The notes under the pieces: model-generated
Seen by the model: only the letters and a program-made list of their open reading frames with translations
Told to the model about the DNA's origin: nothing
The model's database searches: none
Translations under genes and position numbers: made by a program
In this document: in pieces, positions 9,299-19,671 of the stretch
Numbering within the stretch: position 1 is the first letter of the stretch
How the letters are laid out: every line of letters starts with the position of its first letter
Origin: Halarcobacter sp.
GTDB lineage: Bacteria > Campylobacterota > Campylobacteria > Campylobacterales > Arcobacteraceae
Reading direction: 5' to 3'
Length of the DNA stretch: 64,000 bases
Assembly (NCBI GenBank): GCA_048571215.1
Contig: CP182352.1
Span: 2,784,001 to 2,848,000 of the forward strand

Positions 9299-10122
9299 GA
9301 TACGCTTTTTTAGATGAAGATGCAAAAAAAGAGATAAGAAGAGCTATCTTAAAAGCTGTGGCAATACCAGGATATATCGTATCGTTTGCAAGTAGAGAGA
9401 TGCCTATTGCTAGAGGTTGGGGAACAGGTGGACTTCAACTAACCCTATCCCTTATAAAAGAAAATGATGTTTTAAAAGTGATTGATCAAGGTTGTGATGG
9501 AAGTGTAAATGCTGTAAATATGAGAAACTTTATAAGCTCGGTTACAAAAAATAAAACAACCTTCGATACACAAAAAGCAACTTTAATCCAAACAAGACAT
9601 AGAATACCAGAAGAGGATTTACAAGAGGGACAAACTCTTATTTTTCAAGTTCCTATGCCAGATATTTTAGAAACAGTTGAGGCAGATACTTATAAAGCAA
9701 AAGTTATGCATGCAAATGAAGACTATTCAAAACTGTGGGTTCTTCTATATGAAGATACCTCAATTTATGGAGATAGTAGAATCTCAAATAGATATCCAGT
9801 TCTTGTAGAAAATAGATATGCGATGGATCCAAGTCCAATACCAAAATATGATACTACAAAACTAGGTAATAGCAAAGCTTTACAACTTTTTGGTGCAGGT
9901 AGAGAAAAAAAAATCTATGCCATACCTCCATATAGTAAAGTTGAACCATTAAAATTTGAAGATAAAGAGTTTACTGTAGAAACTTTTGAAGATAAAACTT
10001 GTGAAAGATGTGGGAATAGTGCTGTTTTTCTGGATGAGATTTATGATGAAAACAATGAAAAACACTATTTTTGTAGTGACACATCATATTGTGATAAATC
10101 ATTAGAGAAGAGGATGAAATGA
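9295..10122 (+). CDS. phnJ: Alpha-D-ribose 1-methylphosphonate 5-phosphate C-P lyase (radical SAM)
   Basis: AVAIPGY, GWGTGGLQ, GAGREKKIYAIPPY, CxxC...CSDTSYC cluster. Confidence 0.96.
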   Translation: MRYAFLDEDAKKEIRRAILKAVAIPGYIVSFASREMPIARGWGTGGLQLTLSLIKENDVLKVIDQGCDGSVNAVNMRNFISSVTKNKTTFDTQKATLIQTRHRIPEEDLQEGQTLIFQVPMPDILETVEADTYKAKVMHANEDYSKLWVLLYEDTSIYGDSRISNRYPVLVENRYAMDPSPIPKYDTTKLGNSKALQLFGAGREKKIYAIPPYSKVEPLKFEDKEFTVETFEDKTCERCGNSAVFLDEIYDENNEKHYFCSDTSYCDKSLEKRMK

Positions 10123-10958
10123 AAGTTTTAGAGATTAAAAATATATCAAAAATATTTGGAAATGGATGTTCTAAGTGTTTGGAAGATACAGGTTCAATTA
10201 CAAACTCTTCTATTTGTCCACACTGTAATAGTGTAGTTGGAGTCAACCAAATAAATTTAGAACTTAAAAAAGGTGAAATCTTAGGTATAGTTGGGGAAAG
10301 TGGTAGTGGAAAATCAACCCTACTTCAGCTCATATACCAAGATCAAAAAGCAACAAAAGGGGAAATCTTTGTTGATGGATATTTTGATGAGAATAAAGAT
10401 AAAAAAAATATTATTGATGCAAACTTAAACGACTTAAATTATCTAAGAAATAAACTTATGTCTATGATATATCAAAACCCAAGATTGGGATTAAATTATA
10501 GATTTAGTGCTGGTGGGAATATTGCTGAAAAAGTTATAGGAAGTGGAAATAAATTTTACAATCAAATAAGAGAAAAAGCTAAGTATTTCCTAGAAAAAAC
10601 TGAAATTCCAATTAGTAGAATAGATGATTATCCGGATATATTTAGTGGAGGGCAACAACAAAGAATCCAAATATCAAAAGCCCTATCAAGCAATCCAAAA
10701 CTATTACTTCTAGATGAACCAACTACAGGTTTAGACCTTTCTGTTCAAGCTAAGATTTTAGATCTAATAAAGGTTTTACAAAATGAAATAGGATTTTCAA
10801 TGGTTATAGTTTCTCATGATTTAGGGGTTATAAAACACCTAACTGATATTACAGTTGTGATGAAAAATGGACAAATAGTTGAAAAAGGGCTAACAGATCA
10901 AATCCTAGAAGATCCCCAACATCCCTATACTCAACTACTTGTTTCAAGTATATTGTAA
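10119..10958 (+). CDS. phnK: C-P lyase ABC-type ATPase PhnK
   Basis: GESGSGKST, DEPTTGLDLSVQA, DQILEDPQHPYTQLLVSS. Confidence 0.93.
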   Translation: MKVLEIKNISKIFGNGCSKCLEDTGSITNSSICPHCNSVVGVNQINLELKKGEILGIVGESGSGKSTLLQLIYQDQKATKGEIFVDGYFDENKDKKNIIDANLNDLNYLRNKLMSMIYQNPRLGLNYRFSAGGNIAEKVIGSGNKFYNQIREKAKYFLEKTEIPISRIDDYPDIFSGGQQQRIQISKALSSNPKLLLLDEPTTGLDLSVQAKILDLIKVLQNEIGFSMVIVSHDLGVIKHLTDITVVMKNGQIVEKGLTDQILEDPQHPYTQLLVSSIL

Positions 10959-10966
10959 GGTAAAAA

Positions 10967-11671
10967 ATGAAAAAAATAGAGATAAAAAACATATCAAAAA
11001 TGTTTACAGTACACACCAGAGGTGGTTTGCAAGTTCATGGTTATGAGAATATAAGTTTTGATGTAAATCAAGGAGAATTTATCTCACTATATGGACCAAG
11101 CGGAATGGGAAAATCTTCTGTTTTAAAAGCTATTTATAGAACATATACGACAACTAGTGGGGATATTATGTTTTATAAAAATGAAAATGAGAGCTTAAAT
11201 ATAGCTACTGCAAATGAAAGTGAAATACTAGAACTAAGAAAAGAACAACTAGGTTATGTATCACAATTTTTACAAGTTCTTCCAAGAATAAGTGCAGTTG
11301 ATATAGTAGCTCAACCCCTTATAGAAAAAGGTGAATTTCAAGAAAATGCTATACAAAAAGCAAAAGAGATGTTGGATTTCTTAAATATAAAAGAGGAACT
11401 TTTTTATATCTCACCTCTGACTTTTAGTGGTGGAGAACAACAAAGAGTCAATATAGCAAAAGGGATAATTGCTCCAAAATCTGTATTACTTTTAGATGAG
11501 CCAACAGCCTCTTTAGATAAAAACAATACCCAAAAGGTAATTGATAAACTTTTAGAGATAAAAAAAGATGGAATAAGTATGATTGGGATTTTTCACGATT
11601 TAGATTGTATGAAAAGAATAAGTGACAGAATATATGATATGAAGGAAAAAAAGTATGCAGACAATCATTAG
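10967..11671 (+). CDS. phnL: C-P lyase ABC-type ATPase PhnL
   Basis: GYVSQFLQVLPR, TFSGGEQQRVNIA, GIFHD. Confidence 0.93.
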   Translation: MKKIEIKNISKMFTVHTRGGLQVHGYENISFDVNQGEFISLYGPSGMGKSSVLKAIYRTYTTTSGDIMFYKNENESLNIATANESEILELRKEQLGYVSQFLQVLPRISAVDIVAQPLIEKGEFQENAIQKAKEMLDFLNIKEELFYISPLTFSGGEQQRVNIAKGIIAPKSVLLLDEPTASLDKNNTQKVIDKLLEIKKDGISMIGIFHDLDCMKRISDRIYDMKEKKYADNH

Positions 11672-12800
11672 AAGTACAAATATACTAATTGATGGTAAAT
11701 TTCAAGGTGCTGATATTGTTATTCAAGGAGATAAAATAACTGCTGTCTGCCCTTACAAAAGTATTGACGTGGCTATTGATTTAGGGGAAAGAAGAGTTGT
11801 ACCTGGTTTTGTTGACTTACATGGGGATGCCATAGAAAAAGAGATTGAACCAAGACCAGGAGCTAGGTTTCCAACTGCTATGGCGGTAGTTGAATTTGAT
11901 AAAAAATTGTCAATTGCTGGGGTTACAACTATGTACCATGCAGTTGGTTTTAATGATGAAGAATTAAGCAAAGGTAGAGGAACAGAACAATCAAAAGAAC
12001 TAATAGAAAATATCTATGAAGCAAATAAAAACCACCTTGGAGTTGATAACTTAGTTCATGCAAGATTTGAAATCACAAGTCATAGTTCACTTAAAAGTAT
12101 TAAACAACTTATAGAAGATAAAAAAGTAAATATGTTATCACTTATGGACCATAGTCCCGGACAAGGTCAATTCAAAACCTTAGAGTCATGGAAAAAATAC
12201 CATCTATCAGCCTATTCCATTGAAGATGAGGATGTAGAAGAGTACTTAAAAAACAAAACTTCAAAAGACAAAACTGGTATAGTTGAAGATTTAGTAGCAT
12301 TTGGATTAGAACATAATATTCCAATACTAAGCCATGATGATGATTGTGAAAATAAACTAAATACCCTTAAACAACTGGGTGTTACTTTTTCAGAGTTTCC
12401 TTTAAGTGTAGAGGTAGCAAAAAAAGCAAAACAGATGAATATAAGTACAGGAATGGGTGCTCCAAATGTAGTAAGAGGAGGCAGTCAAAGTGGGAATATA
12501 GCAGCAAAAGAATTAGTAAAAGTTGGTGTTTGTGATTACTTATGTAGTGATTATCACCCAGCTTCACTTTTAATGAGCCCTTATAGATTAAAAGAGGATG
12601 TAAACTTAAACCTCGAAGAGGGATTTGCCATGATTAGTACCACCCCTGCAAAATTGGCAAAACTAGAAGATAGAGGAGAGATAAAAGAGGGAAAACTAGC
12701 TGATATTATTGTTATAGATGAGTCTCATTTTCCAAAAGTTGTTTTAACTTTAAAAAATGGTGAAGTTGTTTACAATGGGATTAGAGGATTTAAAATATAA
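11655..12800 (+). CDS. phnM: Alpha-D-ribose 1-methylphosphonate 5-triphosphate diphosphatase
   Basis: [37 protein letters not shown]. Confidence 0.93.
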   Translation: MQTIIRSTNILIDGKFQGADIVIQGDKITAVCPYKSIDVAIDLGERRVVPGFVDLHGDAIEKEIEPRPGARFPTAMAVVEFDKKLSIAGVTTMYHAVGFNDEELSKGRGTEQSKELIENIYEANKNHLGVDNLVHARFEITSHSSLKSIKQLIEDKKVNMLSLMDHSPGQGQFKTLESWKKYHLSAYSIEDEDVEEYLKNKTSKDKTGIVEDLVAFGLEHNIPILSHDDDCENKLNTLKQLGVTFSEFPLSVEVAKKAKQMNISTGMGAPNVVRGGSQSGNIAAKELVKVGVCDYLCSDYHPASLLMSPYRLKEDVNLNLEEGFAMISTTPAKLAKLEDRGEIKEGKLADIIVIDESHFPKVVLTLKNGEVVYNGIRGFKI

Positions 12801-13441
12801 TGTATAAGATAAATAGTTTAAATAAACCACCAAAAAAACTCTTGGAGAAAAAGCCCCAGTTTGATACCTCTAGTATAATTATTGATTCTGAATTTGGTGA
12901 GTTTGTGGAGATTGGTTCTTTTAATAATATACAAGAATCTACAATAGATAAGTATAGTTATACTTGTGAAAATTGCCAAATCATATATAGTTATATAGGA
13001 AAATTTGTAAATATAGCTTCATATGTAAGACTAAATCCAAGCCCCCATCCTATGGAAAAAGTGACGCAACACCATATGCTTTATAGAAAAGAGATGTTTG
13101 GTTTTGGAGAAGATGATAACTCTTTTTTTGATTTTAGAAGGTCAAGAAGAGTTCATGTAGGTCATGATGTTTGGTTAGGGCATAATGTAGTTATTATGGG
13201 TGGAGTAACTATTGGAAATGGTGCAGTTATAGGCAGTGGCTCAATTGTTACAAAAGATATTCCACCCTATGCAATTGCAGTGGGAAATCCCGCACGAGTT
13301 ATAAAATATAGATTTGATGAAAAATCAAGAGAAGCCTTAGAAAAAATCTCTTGGTGGGATTGGAGCCATGAAAAAATAAAAACCTCTTTAGAGGATTTTC
13401 ATGATACAAGTCTATTTATTGAAAAATATTTAAAAGGTTAA
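12800..13441 (+). CDS. Hexapeptide-repeat acetyltransferase of phn clusters (CatB/Vat-like fold)
   Basis: Left-handed beta-helix repeats ([25 protein letters not shown]) and WWDW motif; embedded in the phn operon. Confidence 0.8.
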   Translation: MYKINSLNKPPKKLLEKKPQFDTSSIIIDSEFGEFVEIGSFNNIQESTIDKYSYTCENCQIIYSYIGKFVNIASYVRLNPSPHPMEKVTQHHMLYRKEMFGFGEDDNSFFDFRRSRRVHVGHDVWLGHNVVIMGGVTIGNGAVIGSGSIVTKDIPPYAIAVGNPARVIKYRFDEKSREALEKISWWDWSHEKIKTSLEDFHDTSLFIEKYLKG

Positions 13442-13445
13442 GTCT

Positions 13446-13970
13446 ATGATAAAAATAGTTTTAATAGTAGGAGCAAGTGGAGTTGGCAAGGATAGTTTAC
13501 TAAAGTCGATTAAAAATCAAGCAAATATAAATTTTGTAAAAAGATATATCACTAGAGAACCTGATAATAATGAATCAAACTATTATGTAGACAAAGAAGC
13601 CTTTAACTTATTAAAAGAGAAACAATTTTTTGTATCAACTTGGCAAGCCCATGGGAACTCTTATGGTATCGCAAGGTTTGATATAAAAGAGGGATTAAAT
13701 ATTATCTCTATTTCAAGAGATGCCATAAAAGATTTTGAAAACCAATATGAAAAGGTTAAAACTATAAATATAACTGTGCCTTTAGATATTTTGAAACAAA
13801 GATTAGAAAATAGAGCACGGGAATCACAAGAACAAATTGAAAAAAGATTAAATAGAACATATGAGAAACTTGAGGCAACAAATCTTATAAAGTTCGATAA
13901 CTCGGAATCTTTAGAGTTTTCATCAAAAAAGTTTTTAAATCTTATTGAAAGAATTGAAAATGAGTTCTAA
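13446..13970 (+). CDS. phnN: Ribose 1,5-bisphosphokinase PhnN
   Basis: VGASGVGKDS P-loop, RYITR, WQAHGNSYGI. Confidence 0.88.
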   Translation: MIKIVLIVGASGVGKDSLLKSIKNQANINFVKRYITREPDNNESNYYVDKEAFNLLKEKQFFVSTWQAHGNSYGIARFDIKEGLNIISISRDAIKDFENQYEKVKTINITVPLDILKQRLENRARESQEQIEKRLNRTYEKLEATNLIKFDNSESLEFSSKKFLNLIERIENEF

Positions 13971-14634
13971 TTTTAATATAGCTACATTCAACTTATGGAA
14001 AAACTGTGGAGATTTTCCAAATAGAATTCACGAAATACCAAAACTACTCAAGGACTTAGATTGTATCTGTTTTCAAGAAGATTTTAACTCAAAAGATTTT
14101 TCAAGTAGCAATACAATAAACAAAAAACTAAACTTCCATCAAGTAAGCTTACCAATAAGAAAAAAGCAAAGAGATGGAGTGATAAGCACTTCAAATCTGA
14201 CAATCCTTACAAAATATAAACCAATAAAAATAAAAGAGGTTTATTTTGATGAAAAAGGGGAAGATGAAAGGGGTGCTTTATTTATCCAACTAGAATATAA
14301 ACAGAAAAAAATAAGTATTTTAAATACACACTTAACCAATATAAATCAACAATCAAGAGTAAAACAAATAGTAAAACTTATCAACACAATAAATTGCAAA
14401 AAAAGTGACCTATTTATAATTTGCGGAGATATGAATGCAACTCCTCCCTCAAAGGAGATTAAGCTTATAAAAAATTGTGGCTTTAGTACAATAAATGAAG
14501 ATATTACCTATAATGAAGGTTTAATACTAGATTACATATTCTTTAAAACAAATTTTAGAGTTGAAAACAAAAGTGAAATCATAATAAAAAAATTAAGTGA
14601 CCATTATTGTTTAAAAAACAGTTTCAAATGGTAA
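13960..14634 (+). CDS. Endonuclease/exonuclease/phosphatase (EEP) family protein
   Basis: TFN, FQE, NTHL, GDMN, LDYIF and SDH motifs. Confidence 0.85.
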   Translation: MSSNFNIATFNLWKNCGDFPNRIHEIPKLLKDLDCICFQEDFNSKDFSSSNTINKKLNFHQVSLPIRKKQRDGVISTSNLTILTKYKPIKIKEVYFDEKGEDERGALFIQLEYKQKKISILNTHLTNINQQSRVKQIVKLINTINCKKSDLFIICGDMNATPPSKEIKLIKNCGFSTINEDITYNEGLILDYIFFKTNFRVENKSEIIIKKLSDHYCLKNSFKW

Positions 14635-14644
14635 AGGATAAAAA

Positions 14645-15361
14645 TTGCAAATAAAGTTTTTAGGTACAGCAAATGCAAGTGGAATTCCTGTATATAATTG
14701 TCAATGTGAAATTTGTAAAAAATATAGGGAAGAAAAAAAGTTCAACAATAGTACTTGTGCCTATTTAGAGTGTGACAATAAAGAGATAATCCTACTTGAT
14801 GCAGGTGTAGATGAGATTAGCAAGCTTTTTGATGGCAAAAAAATCAAAGCTGTGTTTATTACCCATTTTCATGCAGATCATGCTCTAGCACTTTTAAAAC
14901 TAAGGTATGGGAAAGATAAAATAACTTGCTACCATCCAAAAGATGAAAAAGGTTTTGCAGATTTATTTAAACATAAACTATCAATAAACTATATAGAGAA
15001 CAAAGCCTTTGAACAAATAGTTGTAAATAATATAGAGTTTATACCCATCCCACTAAAGCATTCAAAAAATACAACAGGATATTTAATAAAAGATAAAGAT
15101 AAAACAATAGCATACCTAACAGATTGTGCCGCAATAGATGAAAAATCACTTAATTTTTTATGCAAAGAGAAAATAGATGAGTGTTATATAGATGCCTGCC
15201 ATGCACCAAGTTATCCAGACAAAAACCATCTAAATTACGAACAAGCCACTAAGATATTAGATAAAATAAAAGCTAAGAACTCTTTTTTAATTCATGGTTC
15301 CCATGAAACCTTAGAGTATATAAAAACAAATAAAATAAAACTCAAATATAGATATATATAA
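14645..15361 (+). CDS. phnP: Metallo-beta-lactamase-fold cyclic phosphodiesterase PhnP
   Basis: FLGT, CxCxxC, THFHADH, LKHS, YLTD, NH motifs. Confidence 0.9.
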   Translation: MQIKFLGTANASGIPVYNCQCEICKKYREEKKFNNSTCAYLECDNKEIILLDAGVDEISKLFDGKKIKAVFITHFHADHALALLKLRYGKDKITCYHPKDEKGFADLFKHKLSINYIENKAFEQIVVNNIEFIPIPLKHSKNTTGYLIKDKDKTIAYLTDCAAIDEKSLNFLCKEKIDECYIDACHAPSYPDKNHLNYEQATKILDKIKAKNSFLIHGSHETLEYIKTNKIKLKYRYI

Positions 15362-15417
15362 ATTAGATTTTTTTAGAAAGATTAAGAGGTTCAAAAGAAC
15401 CCCTTAAATTTTTTTGT

Positions 15418-18400
15418 TTATTTTTTTCTTGAAAGTTTTTGTTTTATTCTAACTACTCCGTAGAAAAATAGTGGAATAAATAGTACACCAATAGCAACAG
15501 CAGCTAACATACCACCAACAACAGTTGTACCAATAATATGTCTACTTGCACTTCCTGCACCTGAACTTAAGGCAAGGGGTAATGTACCAACAATAAATGC
15601 TAAAGAGGTCATTACAATTGGTCTAAACCTTAATCTTGCAGCCTCAATAGTAGCATCAAATAAACTTAATCCTGAACTTAATTTATCCATTGCAAACTCA
15701 ACAATCAAAATTGCATTTTTTGCAGATAAACCAACAAGGGTAATAAGACCTACTTGGAAATATATATCCGCTTCTAAACCTCTTAAATAAATAGCTAAAG
15801 CTGCACCAAAGATTGAGAATGGAATTGAAATAATTACAGCCATTGGAATACTCCAACTCTCATATAATGCTGCAAGAATCAAAAATACAAATAAAGCAGC
15901 GTATAAAGATGTGTAATTACCTTTTTTTTCAAGTTTTTTCTCTTGAAATGTAGTTCCTGACCAAGCTATTGTATACCCTTCAGGTAGTACTGAACTTGCA
16001 ATCTCTTCGATAGCCTTAGTTGCATCACTTGAAGCAAATCCAACAGCTGGATTACCTGTGATTTTTGAAGCATTAAACATATTAAATCTTTCAATAATAC
16101 TAGCACTCACTTCTCTTTTTAAAGTAATTAGTTCACTAATTGGAACTAGATTATCATTACTTGATCGTACATAAATATTTTTAAAATCATCTCTATTTTC
16201 TCTATATTTAGATTCTGATTGTATATTTACATGGAATGTTCTACTATATAAGTTGAAGTCATTAATATAACCTTTTCCAAATGTTTGTTGAATCACATTA
16301 AATATAGATTGTACATCTACATTCATAGATTTTGCTTTCTCTCTATCAACCGTTAACATATATTGTGGAACATTTGTATTTAATGTTGTTCTTACTGATG
16401 TTAATCTAGGATCAGCAGATGCTTTTGAAACAATCTCGTCGGTATATTTACTTAAAGTACTTATATCTCCACCTGTTCTGTCTTGAATCCACATCTCAAA
16501 ACCACCTGTTGTACTCATCCCCATAATTGGAGGAGGATTTACAGGAATAACAAAGGCTTCTTTACTAGTCATCATAAATTGTCCCATTAATTGACCTGCA
16601 ATTGCTTGAGACTTTTGATTTGGTAAAGGTCTTTCATCCCAAGGTTTAAGCATAGCAAACATTAATGCAGCATCTGTTTTATAAGCAAATGATGAAATAT
16701 CTAAACCAGTAATTGCCCCTACAGAAAGAATATCAGGATGTGCTAATAATTGTTTTTCAATTCCATTTGTAATTTTTTTAGACTCCCCTAAAGAAGTAGA
16801 TGGCATCATGTTTACAATTACAAGCAATACCCCTTTATCTTCTGCTGGAACTAATCCAGAAGGTGTACTTTTCATAATAGAATATGTTGCACCCATCAAT
16901 ATTGCAAATAATGCTAATGAAAAAAACCATAATCTAATAGTCTGTTTTGTAATACCAATAAAAACTGTAGTTGACCAATCAAAAAAACCATTAAATTTTC
17001 TAATTAACCAAATTGGTTCTGGCTCATGTTTTCTTAAAAAGATTGCACAAAGGGCAGGAGTTAAAGTAAGGGCAACTAAACCAGAGATTACAACTGCCAT
17101 TACAATAGTAATAGCAAACTGTTTATACATAACTCCACTAAAACCACCTGTAAGTGCAGCAGGAATAAATACTGCTGATAATACAAGAATAATAGCTACA
17201 AGTGGAGTTGTTAACTCTTTCATAGCTTCAATAGTTGCTTCTTTTACATTAAGATCTTTTGTCCTTAGATTTCTTTCAACATTTTCAATTACAATAATAG
17301 CATCATCAACAACCAATCCAATGGCTAGAATCATACCAAATAAAGTAAGTAAGTTTATGGAAAATCCAGCAGCATAAAGACCTGCAAAAGTACCAATAAC
17401 CGAAACAGGAATAGCCAATACAGGGATAATTGTTGCTCTAAAGTTACCTAAAAATAGATAAATTAGAATTACAACGAAAACAATTGCTTCAAGCAATGTT
17501 TTAACAACTTCTTTAATTGATTCATCAACAAAAAGTGTTGCATCATAAGGAACTCTATACTCTAAATCTTCAGGAAATTTATGAGAAATCTCTTTTAGTT
17601 TTGCATCAAGTGCAGCTGAAACTTCAAGTGCATTTGCACCTGGTGCCAAGAAAATACCAACAGGAATCATTGGTTCTTCATTATAATTTGCAGATGTATG
17701 ATGAGAATCTGCACCCAATTCAACTCTTGCAATATCTTTTAATCTTAATGTTGAACCATCTGGATTCGATCGTACTATAATATTCTCAAACTCTTTTACA
17801 TTTTTTAATCTACCTTCAGTTGAGATAGAATAAGTAAATGCTTGAATATTTTTAATTGGTTCAGCACCAACTGAACCTGTAGAGTATTGATTATTTTGAC
17901 TATCAATAACCTCTCTTACATTTTTAGGAGTTAAATTATAAAATGCAAGTTTTTCTGGATCAATCCAAATTCTAATTGAGTAGTCTTTAGCACCAAAAAC
18001 TGTTGCATCACCAATACCTTTAATTCTTTTTATATCATCAATAACATTTACGGTTAAATAGTTTGAAATATAAGTTGTATCATGTACTTGACCTTTTGAT
18101 TTAAAAGCCAATACTTTAAGCATATCAGGAGATCTTTCTCTTACAGATATACCTTGTCTTTGAACCTCTTCGGGTAATTTATTAAGAGCTAGTTGTACTC
18201 TGTTATTTACATCAACCTTTGCTTGTGCAACATCAGTACCTACATTAAAAATAATACTTAAAGACAATACCCCACTTGGAGATGCTGTTGATGACATATA
18301 TGTCATATTATCAACACCATTTATGGCATTTTCTAATGTTGTTGCTACAGTTGAAGAGAGTGTCTGAGCATTTGCCCCAGGATATGTAGCTGTTACATTA

Positions 18401-18531
18401 ATCTGAGGAGGAGTTACGGCGGGGTACTCTTTTACAGGTAAAATATTTATAGAAATCAACCCTGCTAATATAACTAAAATAGACAATACTGTTGCGAAGA
18501 TTGGTCTATTTATAAAAAAACGTGAAAACAT
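15418..18531 (-). CDS. RND multidrug efflux permease (HAE1, AcrB/CmeB-like)
   Basis: FFINRPIFA, GLVVDDAIIVIENVER, KNAILIVEFA, RFRPIVMTS; 1037 aa. Confidence 0.95.
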   Translation of the reverse strand: MFSRFFINRPIFATVLSILVILAGLISINILPVKEYPAVTPPQINVTATYPGANAQTLSSTVATTLENAINGVDNMTYMSSTASPSGVLSLSIIFNVGTDVAQAKVDVNNRVQLALNKLPEEVQRQGISVRERSPDMLKVLAFKSKGQVHDTTYISNYLTVNVIDDIKRIKGIGDATVFGAKDYSIRIWIDPEKLAFYNLTPKNVREVIDSQNNQYSTGSVGAEPIKNIQAFTYSISTEGRLKNVKEFENIIVRSNPDGSTLRLKDIARVELGADSHHTSANYNEEPMIPVGIFLAPGANALEVSAALDAKLKEISHKFPEDLEYRVPYDATLFVDESIKEVVKTLLEAIVFVVILIYLFLGNFRATIIPVLAIPVSVIGTFAGLYAAGFSINLLTLFGMILAIGLVVDDAIIVIENVERNLRTKDLNVKEATIEAMKELTTPLVAIILVLSAVFIPAALTGGFSGVMYKQFAITIVMAVVISGLVALTLTPALCAIFLRKHEPEPIWLIRKFNGFFDWSTTVFIGITKQTIRLWFFSLALFAILMGATYSIMKSTPSGLVPAEDKGVLLVIVNMMPSTSLGESKKITNGIEKQLLAHPDILSVGAITGLDISSFAYKTDAALMFAMLKPWDERPLPNQKSQAIAGQLMGQFMMTSKEAFVIPVNPPPIMGMSTTGGFEMWIQDRTGGDISTLSKYTDEIVSKASADPRLTSVRTTLNTNVPQYMLTVDREKAKSMNVDVQSIFNVIQQTFGKGYINDFNLYSRTFHVNIQSESKYRENRDDFKNIYVRSSNDNLVPISELITLKREVSASIIERFNMFNASKITGNPAVGFASSDATKAIEEIASSVLPEGYTIAWSGTTFQEKKLEKKGNYTSLYAALFVFLILAALYESWSIPMAVIISIPFSIFGAALAIYLRGLEADIYFQVGLITLVGLSAKNAILIVEFAMDKLSSGLSLFDATIEAARLRFRPIVMTSLAFIVGTLPLALSSGAGSASRHIIGTTVVGGMLAAVAIGVLFIPLFFYGVVRIKQKLSRKK

Positions 18532-18540
18532 CTATTTTCC

Positions 18541-19671
18541 TTACTTGTTAATTATTTTGTCAACAGTTACAGGTTTACCAGGTTTAACTCTAAAGAAGTT
18601 GTTAACAATAACTTTATCACCACTTTGAAGTGGTCCACCAACAACAATATATTTATCACCACTTTCATTTCCAATAATAACTGGTTTTACTGCTGCTACA
18701 CCTTTGTTTTCAACAAAAACAACTGTTCCTAATGGATTTTGCAATAATGCTTTTTGAGGAATTGTAATTACATTTTTTTGAACAATTCCATTTAAAGTTA
18801 CTCTTACAAAATTTCCAGCCATCAATTGATTATTTTCATTATCAACTAAAGCCCTCATTTTCACTGTAGAAGTATCTTTATCAATATTTACATCTATAAA
18901 ATCCACATAACCCTTTGCTGATATAGGTTTATCATTTACATTTAACTTTACATCAATTTTCCCATCAGCAGGGATTGTCCATAAACCTGTTTTAATATTT
19001 TTATAATCACTTAATGGCATTGAAAAATCAATATACACTTTTTCATTTTGTGTAATTGTTACTAATTCCATTGGTGGATTTGCTGTTACAAGATCACCTA
19101 AATCAACTTTTTTCAAACCAGCGATACCAGAGATTGGCGCTTTTACCTTTGTATAGTCCAAATCAATTTGTGATTGTCTTAATTCTGCTTTTGCTAATGC
19201 TAAAGAAGCTAAAGCCTCCTCATAGGTTGATAAAGCATTATCTCTTTTTTCAGTAGTAACTGCTTTACTTTTATAAAGTTTTTTTATCCTATTCCAACTT
19301 CTAGTTGCATTATCAAGTGTTGCTTTACTCATTTGCACAGTAGCTTGTGAAGCCTCAACTTTTGCTCTGTATAAATCATCTTCTATCTTAAATAAAGAAT
19401 CACCTTTTTTTACTTTTGATCCCTCTTTAAATCTTTTTTCTTCCAATACTCCAAGAACCCTTGAATAAACTTTTACCTTATTTAATGCTTTTATTTGTCC
19501 AGGATATTTCAAATCGATTTTTAAATCTTTAGCTTCAGGTACAATATAAACATCTGCTTTTGGTGCAGGCATTTTTTTTGCTGCAGGAGCAGCATCTGCT
19601 GCTAAAAGATTTGTTGAAATTGTAGTTAAAGCTAAAGCCGATACTACTAATAGACCTTTAAATTTTTTCAT
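18541..19671 (-). CDS. RND efflux periplasmic adaptor (MFP)
   Basis: LDYTKVKAPISG lipoyl/hairpin signature; adjacent to the RND pump. Confidence 0.92.
   Translation of the reverse strand: MKKFKGLLVVSALALTTISTNLLAADAAPAAKKMPAPKADVYIVPEAKDLKIDLKYPGQIKALNKVKVYSRVLGVLEEKRFKEGSKVKKGDSLFKIEDDLYRAKVEASQATVQMSKATLDNATRSWNRIKKLYKSKAVTTEKRDNALSTYEEALASLALAKAELRQSQIDLDYTKVKAPISGIAGLKKVDLGDLVTANPPMELVTITQNEKVYIDFSMPLSDYKNIKTGLWTIPADGKIDVKLNVNDKPISAKGYVDFIDVNIDKDTSTVKMRALVDNENNQLMAGNFVRVTLNGIVQKNVITIPQKALLQNPLGTVVFVENKGVAAVKPVIIGNESGDKYIVVGGPLQSGDKVIVNNFFRVKPGKPVTVDKIINK

Noticed and set aside
12800..13441. Antibiotic resistance gene (cat/vat)
   Set aside because: Same fold, but translationally coupled within the phn operon, where such acetyltransferases are common.
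16808..17780. Plus-strand ORFs within the RND gene and similar antisense ORFs across the window
   Set aside because: Antisense shadows of long, well-supported genes with no independent motifs.
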